Source: an uncultured Pseudomonadota bacterium (GTDB taxonomy: Bacteria; Vulcanimicrobiota; Vulcanimicrobiia; Eremiobacterales; Eremiobacteraceae). Taken from it: DNA of 19,140 nt. Shown piece by piece: positions 7,600 to 16,666 of this stretch (position 1 is its first letter; the number at the start of each line of letters is the position of its first letter). The position numbers and the translations under genes were made by a program. The stretch lies in NCBI GenBank assembly GCA_963736005.1, contig CAVTNB010000005.1, forward strand, positions 1 to 19,140, given 5' to 3'. The notes under the pieces are model-generated. The model did no database searches. It was not told the DNA's origin and saw nothing but the letters and a program-made list of their open reading frames with translations.

Positions 7600-9731
7600 T
7601 TGCCAGAGTCCGTCAGCATGGAGCTAGGCGGCCGGCAACTCACACTTGAAACCGGTGAGCTTGCCCGTCAAGCGAACGGCTCCATATTTCGCTCGCTACG
7701 GCGACACCTGCGTCCTCGTCGCCGCAACCGCGAGCCTCAATCCTAGCGAAGGCATCGATTTTTTCCCACTCACTTGCGATTACGAAGAGCGCATGTACGC
7801 CGCCGGCAAAATTCCCGGCGGTTTTATCAAGCGCGAAGGCCGCCCATCTGAGAAGGCGACCCTCACGGCGCGCCTGATCGACCGGCCCATCCGGCCGTTG
7901 TTCCCGGATGGTTTCCGCAACGACATTCAAATCATCGTCACCGACGTTATCCGTGGATCCCGAAGTCGATCCCGATGTCGTCGCGCTGACCGCCGCGGGT
8001 GCTGCGCTGGCAGTGTCCGACATCCCGTTCGAGCAGCTGTCGCCGGCGTGCGCGTTGGCGATCATCGATGGCGAACATGTGGTCAACCCGACCAAGCGCA
8101 GCTCGAGAAGAGCACGTCGACATCATCATGGCAGGCACGCGAGATGCCGTCATGATGGTCGAGGGCGGCGGCAAAGGAGATCTCGGAAGAGACGTTCTTG
8201 GACGCGGTCGAGTTCGGCCACGCGCGCATCGGCGAGATCATCGGAGAAATCTGCGTCGCTCGCGCCAAGGCAGGAAAGCGTAAACGCGAGTTTCCCGTCT
8301 ATTTGCCCTGCGGCGAGATGCAGACATTCGTCGACGAGGTGTTCGGCGCGGAGATCGCCCGCGCCATGCGCGTCACCAGCAAGCTAGAGCGCAAACGCGC
8401 ATTCGACTCGATTACTCGCACTGAAGCGTTCGCGCGCGTCGCCGGGCACAAGCCTCGAACAGCATATTCGTCCACTGCTCGAGGATCTCGCGCAATCACG
8501 ATTTCGACAAATGCGTCAAGACTCGACGAAGAAGAAGAGTTGCGCACGATGGTCGTGGATGAGGGCTTGCGGCCCGGATGGCCGTAGATTGGATGAAGTC
8601 CGGCCCATCAGCCACCGCATCAGCGTCGTGCCGCGGACGCATGGCTCGGGATTGTTCACGCGAGGCGAGACGCAAATCTTCACGGCAGCCACGCTCGGAT
8701 CGCTCTCCGACGAGCAGCGCATCGATGGCCTGGGGCCGCAAACATTCAAGCGCTTCATGCACCACTACAACTTTCCACCATATTCTGTTGGCGAGACGCG
8801 GCCAATGCGCAGGTCCAGGCCGGCGCGAAATCGGCCACGGAATTTTGGCAGAGCGAGCGCTCATCCCGATGCTGCCGCCGCCAGACTCGTTCCCCTATAC
8901 CTTGCGACTGGTCTCGGAGACCTTTGAAAGCAACGGTTCGTCATCGATGGGATCCGTGTGCGCCTCAACGCTGGCGCTCATGGATGCCGGCGTGCCGCTG
9001 CGCAAGCATGTCGGCGGCGTCGCGATGGGCTTGATCCTCAAGGACGGACGCGCTGGCATCCTCACCGATATCCAAGGCCTTGAAGATGCTCTCGGCGAGA
9101 TGGACTTCAAGGTTGCTGGCACCGTGGATGGCATCACCGCCGTGCAGATGGACATTAAGGTCCGCGGCATCACGATCGAAACGATGCGTCAGCGCCATGG
9201 AACAAGCGCGGCTCGGGCCGGCTGTTCATCATCAGACAAACTCGAGGAGACGATCGCCGGACCACGCGCCGTGGTCTTTCGAAATTCGCGCCACGCATGT
9301 TCGTCCTCGAGATTCATCCCGACAAAATCAAAGACATCATCGGACCAGGCGGCAAAGTTATCAACAAAATCGTCGCCGAGACCGGTGCCAAGATCGACAT
9401 CGAAAACGACGGTCGCGTCTTTATCTCCTCACCGGATGCGGAGTCAGGCGAGAAGGCCAAACGCATGGTGGAGGATATCGCGCGCGACGTCGAGGTGGGT
9501 GAAGTCTACACCGGCATCGTGAAACGCATCATGAACTTTGGCGCGTTCGTGCAGATCCTGCCAGGTAAAGAGGGCTTGGTGCACATCTCGCAGCTTGCGC
9601 ACCACCGCGTCAACCGGGTTGAGGACGAAGTGAACATCGGCGACGAAGTGATCGTGCGGGTGACCGAGATCGATAGCCAAGGTCGCATCAATCTCACGCG
9701 CAAGGGCATGCTCGAAGAAGCCAAGACGTAA
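7600..9731 (+). CDS. pnp: Polyribonucleotide nucleotidyltransferase (PNPase); reading frame broken by about a dozen frameshifts
   Basis: TTG start after [35 protein letters not shown]; motifs spread over all three frames: [75 protein letters not shown] (IIGPGGK) and S1 (EGLVHISQ); canonical rpsO-pnp order. Confidence 0.95.
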
Positions 9732-9735
9732 GCAA

Positions 9736-9765
9736 AGGGGCGATTTTCCAATCGCCCCCTACATT
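9736..9765 (-). repeat. GTAG-family REP-like palindrome (GGGCGA subfamily) between convergent pnp and tolC-like genes
   Basis: + strand ggggcgatt-ttcc-aatcgcccc-ctacatt; 9736-9763 is the exact reverse complement (28/28) of 17447-17474. Confidence 0.9.
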
Positions 9766-11127
9766 TCAGATGGTGGTTGGAATCAGACCAGCGGCCCGCT
9801 GGAGCTCCACGAGACCGATTCGAAGATCTGCCAGGGAACTGATATACTGGTCTTGCGCCTGCGTATCGGAAAGCAAGGCATCGGAAAGTTCGAGCGATGT
9901 TCCAACACCCGCCTTAAATCGGATGGCGTTGACGCGATAGTTCTCTTGCGCCGCGGTCTGCGCGTCGCGTGCGGCGTCCACTTGCGCGAGAGCAGCGGTG
10001 TAGTTGAAATACGCCTCCCGAACTTCAAGGTCGACGCCGTTGCTCAGCGACTTCAGCTCGATCTTGGCTTTGTCAACGTCCGCGGACGCCTCTTGCACCT
10101 TGCCGCGCGTCAGGCCCCCATCCCACAGGTCCCACGTGACGGCAAGAGTTTCGGTGAGCTGCGGTTGTGGCACGTTAAAGAAATTCGGCTTGGAAGACGC
10201 ATCTTGCACTTGGAGGGCGACGGTTGGGAGCGCTCCTGCACGCGCAAGTCGCACCGCATAGTCGGCAATCGCCACAGCATCGCTCGCGGCTGCGATCTCT
10301 GGGCGCGACTGCGCAGACTGCAGGAGCGAATCGAGCGTGTAGGTGGGCGCGCTGGTTTCCAGCACGTCGCTGGGCGTGATGATACTGCTGAGATTGATGT
10401 TCAGGATGTTGGCGAGTTGTGCGTTCGCCAGCGCCGCGTTGTTGTGCGCGCGAATGGCACTCACGCGTGCGTCCGCAAGGGTTACTTCCGTGCGCAACAC
10501 GTCCACCTTGGGTGACGTGCCCGCCTGATACAACTCGTTCGCCGTTTTGAGATTCTCGCTCGCCACCGAGACCGCCTGATCGGCGACCAGCGCTGAGCGA
10601 TTCGATTCGGTCAATTGGAAGTACGCGTTGGTGGTATCTCGGATGATCGTTGCCCGCTGCGCAGCCACGCTTGCTTGCGACGCCTGAAGGTTGGCCGAGG
10701 CCTGCCCGACAGATGCGATGTTTGCGCCTCCGTTGTAGAGCGCGTATTGCAGCGTGGCGTTGACGTTGTTGATGCTCGTGCTAGTAACAAAGATCTGTTG
10801 GAACCCGCCGGTCGGCTTGGGAAAGATGAATGATTCAGCCGTCTGCGTGTGGACGTACGCGTAGCCCGCGCTGAGGTTTGGGAGCAACGAGGACCTCGCC
10901 GCAACGACCTTTGCCTCCGCGGCGCGCTCGTCGGCGAGCGAGGACTGATAGTCCAAATTATTGGCGAGTGCAAGTGAGAGTGCGTCGTGGAGCGACAATG
11001 AGACGTGCGGCGCGCCTGGTGTGTTGGTTTGATCGAGTGCATCCGCAGGAGTGGTGCACCACGCTCCCATGAGCCCGCAAACAAGCAACGCGACAAATGT
11101 GGATCGCACGGCAGCATACCTCGACAT
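9766..11127 (-). CDS. TolC-family outer membrane efflux protein
   Basis: Signal-like N-terminus, LSLHDALSLALANN, SLLPNLS, YALYNGG, AYFQL, LYQAGT..VDVL, WDLWDGG, RFKAGVGTSLEL: two OEP repeats. Start ATG 11127 chosen (11148 possible). Confidence 0.9.
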   Translation of the reverse strand: MSRYAAVRSTFVALLVCGLMGAWCTTPADALDQTNTPGAPHVSLSLHDALSLALANNLDYQSSLADERAAEAKVVAARSSLLPNLSAGYAYVHTQTAESFIFPKPTGGFQQIFVTSTSINNVNATLQYALYNGGANIASVGQASANLQASQASVAAQRATIIRDTTNAYFQLTESNRSALVADQAVSVASENLKTANELYQAGTSPKVDVLRTEVTLADARVSAIRAHNNAALANAQLANILNINLSSIITPSDVLETSAPTYTLDSLLQSAQSRPEIAAASDAVAIADYAVRLARAGALPTVALQVQDASSKPNFFNVPQPQLTETLAVTWDLWDGGLTRGKVQEASADVDKAKIELKSLSNGVDLEVREAYFNYTAALAQVDAARDAQTAAQENYRVNAIRFKAGVGTSLELSDALLSDTQAQDQYISSLADLRIGLVELQRAAGLIPTTI

Positions 11128-11149
11128 GGAAAAATAGTTTAGCACCATA

Positions 11150-11167
11150 TTGTTAAGTGGTTTACTA
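11150..11167. promoter_or_regulatory. Candidate Rex operator
   Basis: TTGTTAA-GTGG-TTTACTA versus Rex consensus TTGT(G/T)AA-N4-TT(C/A)ACAA: left arm exact, 2 mismatches in right arm; overlaps a TACTAT -10 candidate (11163-11168). Confidence 0.4.
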
Positions 11168-11246
11168 TTTCCCTCCTGATGCAGAAGGCGCACGCGAGCG
11201 GTTTGTGGGAGAGGCATTGCCCAAAAAGAGTAAGAACGCGAAGCCG

Positions 11247-12716
11247 ATGTACGCGAACCTCGGAGAATTTATCGCCGATCTCCGTGCGAAGGGCGAGCTT
11301 GCGCAAATCGACGCACCGGTCGATCCGCATCTGGAGATCAGCGAGATTGCCGATCGCTGCGTCAAGGAACTCGCTGGCGGGCCAGCGCTGCTTTTTACCA
11401 ATGTGACCGGCTCGAGTTTTCCTTTGCTCATCAACGCTGTCGCAACAGAGCGACGCATGGCGTTGGCGCTGGGGGTTGATTCACTTGCCACGCTGGCTGA
11501 TCGCGTTCGCCGCGTCCTTAAGATGGCGCAGCCAGGAAGCCTCGCCGACAAAATTGGGATCTTACTTCGCATCGGGGAGCTTGGGGCGCTTCTCCCGCGA
11601 GTCGTTCGCAACGCTCCATGTCAAGAAGTCGCGAGCCTCGATGACCAAGTCAATCTTCGAACGCTCCCGGTGCTCACCACCTGGCCGGGCGACGGTGGGC
11701 CATTCATTACCTTACCGCTTGTTTTTACCAAAGACCCCGTGACGGGATCGCAAAACGTCGGCATGTATCGCATGCAAGTGTACGATGAGCGCACGACCGG
11801 CATGCATTGGCAACGTCACAAGCATGGGCGCGAACACCAGGAATCGGCGGGCAATGACGCGCGGATGCCGGTCGCTGTCGCCGTTGGTGCAGACCCGGCG
11901 ACGGTGTACGCTGCGAGCGCGCCCCTGCCGGCCGGTATCGACGAGATGCTGCTGGCGGGATTTCTGCGCGGCAAGAGCGTGCCGATGGTGCAATGCAAGA
12001 CGGTGGACATCAAGGTGCCGGCAGAAGCGGAGTTCGTGCTCGAAGGGTACGTCGACAACGCGGAGCTGCGCAGCGAAGGCCCATTTGGCGATCACACAGG
12101 CGTCTACTCGCTTGCCGATGCCTACCCCGTCTTTCACGTCACGGCAATGACGCGGCGCCGCAACCCAACGTATTGGACGACGGTTGTCGGCCGGCCCCCG
12201 ATGGAAGATTACTGGCTGGGGAAAGCAACGGAGCGCCTGTTTTTGCCGTTACTTCAGCAGATGCTGCCCGAGGTCGTCGATTATAACTTTCCGGTCGAAG
12301 GCATCTTCCAAAATCTTGTGCTCGTCTCCATCCGCAAGCGCTATCCTGGTCACGCCAAAAAAGTCATGTACGCGCTGTGGGGACTGGGTCACATGATGAT
12401 GCTGACGCGCAACATCGTCGTGGTCGATGCGGATATTGACGTTCAGGATATCAGTGAGGTCGCGTGGACAGCCCTCAACAACGTGGATGCCGGACGCGAT
12501 TTGGTGCTCGCGCCTGGCCCGGTGGATGCGCTCGACCACGCCGCGCCACTGCCCGCGCTGGGCACCAAACTCGGCATCGACGCCACGCGCAAGAGCGCCG
12601 AAGAGGGCTACGTGCGAGAATGGCCGGATGCGATTGTCATGAGCGATGAAGTCAAGCAGGCCGTCGCACGCCGCTGGAAAGAATTTGGCCTCGACAGCTT
12701 TATGCCCAAACGATGA
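11247..12716 (+). CDS. UbiD-family prFMN decarboxylase, menaquinone futalosine pathway (MqnL/SCO4490-like)
   Basis: VDPHLEISEI, TWPGDGGPFITLP, NVGMYRMQV, MHWQRHKHG, EGPFGDHTG, VGRPPMED, KLGIDAT; coupled to a MqnP-like gene. Alternative TTG start at 11217 with GGGAG SD. Confidence 0.9.
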   Translation: MYANLGEFIADLRAKGELAQIDAPVDPHLEISEIADRCVKELAGGPALLFTNVTGSSFPLLINAVATERRMALALGVDSLATLADRVRRVLKMAQPGSLADKIGILLRIGELGALLPRVVRNAPCQEVASLDDQVNLRTLPVLTTWPGDGGPFITLPLVFTKDPVTGSQNVGMYRMQVYDERTTGMHWQRHKHGREHQESAGNDARMPVAVAVGADPATVYAASAPLPAGIDEMLLAGFLRGKSVPMVQCKTVDIKVPAEAEFVLEGYVDNAELRSEGPFGDHTGVYSLADAYPVFHVTAMTRRRNPTYWTTVVGRPPMEDYWLGKATERLFLPLLQQMLPEVVDYNFPVEGIFQNLVLVSIRKRYPGHAKKVMYALWGLGHMMMLTRNIVVVDADIDVQDISEVAWTALNNVDAGRDLVLAPGPVDALDHAAPLPALGTKLGIDATRKSAEEGYVREWPDAIVMSDEVKQAVARRWKEFGLDSFMPKR

Positions 12717-13567
12717 TACTCGTACGCCGATTTCTCTCAGAACTCAAGATCGAGCACACGCTCTTCGCGATGCCATTTGCGTATGCGGGCGCGTTGCTGG
12801 GCGCTCACGGCATTCCGTCGCTTCACGCCCTCGCCTGGATCACGCTTGCCGTGCTCGGTGCGCGCACGGCTGCGATGGCGGCAAATCGTTTGCTGGACGC
12901 GCGGCTCGATGCCAAAAACCCACGAACCTCGCGGCGCTTTGTTGCGACGGGTCAACTGCCGGCGTCCGCCATGGTAGGGGCTATTGTCGTTGGACTCGGG
13001 TTGCTCACCGTGGCGGCTTGGCAGCTCAATCCACTGTGTTTGGCGCTGCTCCCCGTTGGGGCCGTGGCGCTCATCATCTATCCGCTGGTCAAACGCTGGA
13101 CCTGGGCGGTGCATTTCGTCCTCGGAGCGGTCGATGGGCTCGCTCCTTTAGGCGCATGGATTGCCGTAACGGGAAAAATCCAGCTTGGCGGAGTGCTGTT
13201 GTTTGTTGCAGTAACACTCTGGGTTGCCGGATTTGACATCCTGTATGCTCTGATGGATCGCGACTTCGATCTCCGTGAAGGGTTACGCTCGATACCAGCG
13301 CGGTTCGGCATTGCGGTCTCCCGGTGGCTACCCGAGACGCTGCATGGTTTCGTGATTGTGGCGCTCGTATGGGTTGGGTTGGCGACTGGCGTGCATCCCC
13401 TCTACTGGCTTGGCATCGCCTTCGCTGTGCTGCTGCTGGTCTACGAAGCGCAGCTTGTTCTCCGCCAGAAAGACGTGTTCGCGCTCAATACTGCGGTGTT
13501 CAACGCGAACATGCTTTTTTCGGTTGCCTTTCTTGCTTCGACCGCGGCTTCGGTCATCATCACGTAA
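12713..13567 (+). CDS. UbiA-family polyprenyltransferase (MqnP-like, futalosine menaquinone pathway)
   Basis: KIEHTLFAMPFAY, GARTAAMAANRLLDARLDAKNPRT, WVAGFDILYALMDRDFD, SIPARFG; ATGA overlap with the ubiD-family gene. Confidence 0.92.
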   Translation: MILVRRFLSELKIEHTLFAMPFAYAGALLGAHGIPSLHALAWITLAVLGARTAAMAANRLLDARLDAKNPRTSRRFVATGQLPASAMVGAIVVGLGLLTVAAWQLNPLCLALLPVGAVALIIYPLVKRWTWAVHFVLGAVDGLAPLGAWIAVTGKIQLGGVLLFVAVTLWVAGFDILYALMDRDFDLREGLRSIPARFGIAVSRWLPETLHGFVIVALVWVGLATGVHPLYWLGIAFAVLLLVYEAQLVLRQKDVFALNTAVFNANMLFSVAFLASTAASVIIT

Positions 13568-13575
13568 GGAAAGAT

Positions 13576-14760
13576 ATGCGCCCGTTTCTTGCTTCTATCA
13601 AACTGCTTGCGTTGGCCGCAATTCTCGGCGCCACCGTCGGGATTCCGAGTGCCGTAGGAGCCGACGACGAGTTCCCTCCGTATACCAAGATCGTCGGCAT
13701 CGCTGTCGTGGCTCCATTGTCTGGTCCGCAGCGCCAGTTAGGAATCGATCTTTCCGCCGGCGTTCAAGCCGCAGTCGACGACGCCAATGCATCGCGCTCG
13801 CTGACCGACTTCGGCTGGGTCATGCGCAGCTTTGACGATCAAGCCGATCCTGGCATCGCCGAGCAAGAGGCGCAGTTTGCGCTCGTTGATCCTACGAACG
13901 CTGTCGTCATCGGACACATTGGCGGACAAGAGACGTTCTTGTCCCTTCACGTCTACCACGAGTCGGAGATTCCAATCATCATTCCAACAGCCTCGCTTGG
14001 CGCGCTGACCCAGCAAGGCTACGACAACGTGTTTCGGATCTGCCCACCCGACACGACGGAAGGCGCTTTGGGAGCGCGCTACGTGGAGCGCAACTTCAAG
14101 CCCGCCAACGTCGCCGTGGTGTGGGAACAAGATGATTACGGCAACGCAACGGCCACGACGTTTATCAACTCGATGCAAAGCGCTAAGATCAAGGCCACTG
14201 ATTTCCCGATCGACGTCGACCTAAAAGATCTCAAGGACGAGGTCGGCAAAGTCGTCGCGTATCAGCCGGATTTCATGTACGTGACGGGCAGAGGTGACTT
14301 GATGGCTAAGGTGCTCATCGCGCTACGCAAGGCCGGCGTGAGCGCTCCGGTGCTCGGTTCGAGTCCCTTCTATGACAGCGGGCTTGTCAGCCAGAAGGAC
14401 TTCGCGGCGGCCGCCAACGGCATGCTCGTTGGGACGTGCGTTCCTCCCGTCGAGTTCATTCCCACGGCGCAGGTTTTTCAGCAGCGCTACCAGGCGAACC
14501 ATGGACGGCTGTCCTCGTACGCGCTGTTTGGATACGTTGCCGCTCAGGTCGCGATCAATGCCGCGGTCGAAGGCCGCTCGCCGGACAAACGCTCGCTCAT
14601 CCGGCAATTGGACAACGATATTTTCCGGACGGTGATTGGCGATATTTCATTCCGGCCAAATGGCGACCCGTCAGATCCAAACATCTATTTTTACAAGGTC
14701 GACACGGGTAGCCTGAAATACGTCGGATCAGCCTTGCCCAACCCGGCAGTGCTGCGATAG
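13576..14760 (+). CDS. Branched-chain amino acid (LivJ/LivK-like) ABC substrate-binding protein
   Basis: AAGGA SD, signal peptide, IAVVAPLSG, DDQADP, VIGH, YDNVFRI, QDDYG, TVIGDISF..NGD. Confidence 0.88.
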   Translation: MRPFLASIKLLALAAILGATVGIPSAVGADDEFPPYTKIVGIAVVAPLSGPQRQLGIDLSAGVQAAVDDANASRSLTDFGWVMRSFDDQADPGIAEQEAQFALVDPTNAVVIGHIGGQETFLSLHVYHESEIPIIIPTASLGALTQQGYDNVFRICPPDTTEGALGARYVERNFKPANVAVVWEQDDYGNATATTFINSMQSAKIKATDFPIDVDLKDLKDEVGKVVAYQPDFMYVTGRGDLMAKVLIALRKAGVSAPVLGSSPFYDSGLVSQKDFAAAANGMLVGTCVPPVEFIPTAQVFQQRYQANHGRLSSYALFGYVAAQVAINAAVEGRSPDKRSLIRQLDNDIFRTVIGDISFRPNGDPSDPNIYFYKVDTGSLKYVGSALPNPAVLR

Positions 14761-14788
14761 TGTAGCAGCGGACCTTTAGGTTCGCTCG
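14761..14788 (+). repeat. GTAG-family REP-like palindrome (CAGCG subfamily) directly after the LivJ-like stop
   Basis: TAG(stop)-tgtag-c-agcggacc-ttta-ggttcgct. Confidence 0.8.
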
Positions 14789-14798
14789 GCTCGCGGCT

Positions 14799-15701
14799 CT
14801 AGCGTTTCTTTGCGAGGACTCGTTTGAGGCCCGGGGTGCTGCCAGCGGAAAAGCCAACAAGCTGCAGCGAACCAGGGGCGAGGAGCCCTTTGATGTCATC
14901 TTCGCTGTAGTACTGGCGGCATCGCGCGACTTCACGCATCTTGCCGTCGCTTGTGATGACATACGAACGCGTTACTTCGGCCTTTGCATCTTTATCATAC
15001 AGGCGCTCGTCAAGCTGCAGGTGCGCGGCGTCAGCAAAGAGCGACGATTCGGCGGAGACAAAGCGCCAGGAGCGCACATCGCCGTCCACCCCCGGCGAGG
15101 CTTCGAGAAATTCTGCTGCAAACGTGCCGCCGGGTACGAGTGCGCGCTCAACCCGAACAAAAAGATCCTTTGCTGCCGTGGGACTGAAGTCGGACAGACC
15201 TGCACAGGTGAGAAAAATCGCGTCGTAGGCGTCTTCGAATGAAATGGTCATCGCGTCGAGCTGACGATAGTCGACTGTCAAACCGAGGTTTCGTGACGTC
15301 TCTTTCGCCAAAGCAACGGGGCCAGGGCCAATGTCAACGCCAGTCATCTTGCAACCGCGAAGCGCTAAGGCGATCGCATGGCGGCCGTTGCCCGAGCAGA
15401 GATCTAAGACGCGAGCCTTGGGTTTGATGTTGAGCAGGGTGATGAGCTCGTCGACTTCTTCGCCCGTCTCTTTCATGCCATACAGCTCTTGATAGTTCGC
15501 GCGACGGACGTAGCGCGCGGAAAAATCCTCATCGCTCCACGGATACGAGGTCACGTCAACCCATGGTTTTGGGCGTTCTCGCAGACCCGCCGCCGCCCGC
15601 ATCAGGGCTTCGAGCGGACTCCCATTGTTCGCCGCTCCAGCGGCAGTTGTCGGCGCTCCGTTTGTCGCTGCGCCTTCTAGCGTATTGACCTCAGCGGCCA
15701 T
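14799..15701 (-). CDS. Class I SAM-dependent methyltransferase
   Basis: Motif I VLDLCSGNGRHA, TGVDI, YDAIF, ALVPGGTF; start moved to ATG 15701 (GGGGAG SD); Ala/Asn/Gly-rich N-terminal tail. Confidence 0.88.
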   Translation of the reverse strand: MAAEVNTLEGAATNGAPTTAAGAANNGSPLEALMRAAAGLRERPKPWVDVTSYPWSDEDFSARYVRRANYQELYGMKETGEEVDELITLLNIKPKARVLDLCSGNGRHAIALALRGCKMTGVDIGPGPVALAKETSRNLGLTVDYRQLDAMTISFEDAYDAIFLTCAGLSDFSPTAAKDLFVRVERALVPGGTFAAEFLEASPGVDGDVRSWRFVSAESSLFADAAHLQLDERLYDKDAKAEVTRSYVITSDGKMREVARCRQYYSEDDIKGLLAPGSLQLVGFSAGSTPGLKRVLAKKR

Positions 15702-15818
15702 GTTCGAGGCTCCCCTATGGACGAAAACAAACCGACCACGCGCGGAAAATGAAGAGCGAGGTGGTCTATACTCCTCATCGGCCCGTCCCACTTGGGTTGT
15801 TAAAGGCTGTGACCCGCG

Positions 15819-16666
15819 TTACGTTGGCCCGAGGCCAAAGCCAAGAGCCGCACCACAAATTGTCGCTAGCAGGTTCACGACGTCATTGTCGAGCCAGCGC
15901 CAGCCGCGGACGAGGATGGCTTGGGTGTCGCAGGTCTGATGTGTTGGGACCTCGATTGTGGTCCCACAACGTGGGCAGCGCCACACACCTTGCACCGTCG
16001 CTCCAAGCAGAGAATCAATCGCACTCCCGCAAGGCCGGCAAGCGCCGTCAGTACGAGCCATGCAATCGGGGCTATCCGATTCGCTGCAACAAAACCGGCG
16101 AGACCCACGAACGCACCTCCAATCGGCGCCGCGACGGTGCCTCCAAAACTGACTCCGCCTGAAGTACTAGCGGGAACGGGAAGCATCGTCGTGATGAGCC
16201 GCGTGGGGCCGCCAAAGAGTGACCCGATTTCGGTCGACCACGTGTCGCCACTCGCGGCCGCAAGCGCGCACACCGCAGCGACCATCCAGCGCATCGCGTG
16301 GTGCCAGCCAAGTGCAGCGACAGCGGCACCGACGACTGCACAAGCGACAGCGATCCCGCCGTTTGCGAGGACCTGTGCCGCGTCACGCTGCCCCTGTTTT
16401 GGAGCGCTGCGTCGCGCGATATCGGCGGCGGCAGTACGAACTTTGCTGAGCACGGTGCCGCTGATAAAGAATAAGAGGATGGCGGCCGCGACGAGTAGAC
16501 CGCCACATGCGAAGCCAAGCGTTCCAACGAAAACCGCAGCTCCTGCGCCCGATCTCGTCAGCGAGCGAAGGCGATACGCGGTAAGCGCGACTGCTCCAGC
16601 CACAACGACGCCGAGCAGCGCTCGAGCAACTATCGCTTGGGGGGTTGTGTCGAATAAAACGTGCAT
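15819..16666 (-). CDS. DUF92 (TMEM19-like) membrane protein; one frameshift near 16026-16028
   Basis: RDAAQVLANGG, AAASGDTWSTEIG, SGGVS in the 15875..16666 frame, continuing as DSLLGATVQ...CPRC...WLDNDVVNLL in the 15819..16061 frame; a single missing base in a G run joins them. Confidence 0.88.

Noticed and set aside
13324..13575. N-terminal ORF-track extensions (livJ-like here; also lexA, rpsO, tolC-like, ubiD-like, methyltransferase, hemD)
   Set aside because: They overlap neighbouring genes, promoters or REPs; downstream starts fit SD position and family length better.
15797..15814. Second Rex site starting TTGTTAA
   Set aside because: Right arm TGTGACC does not match.
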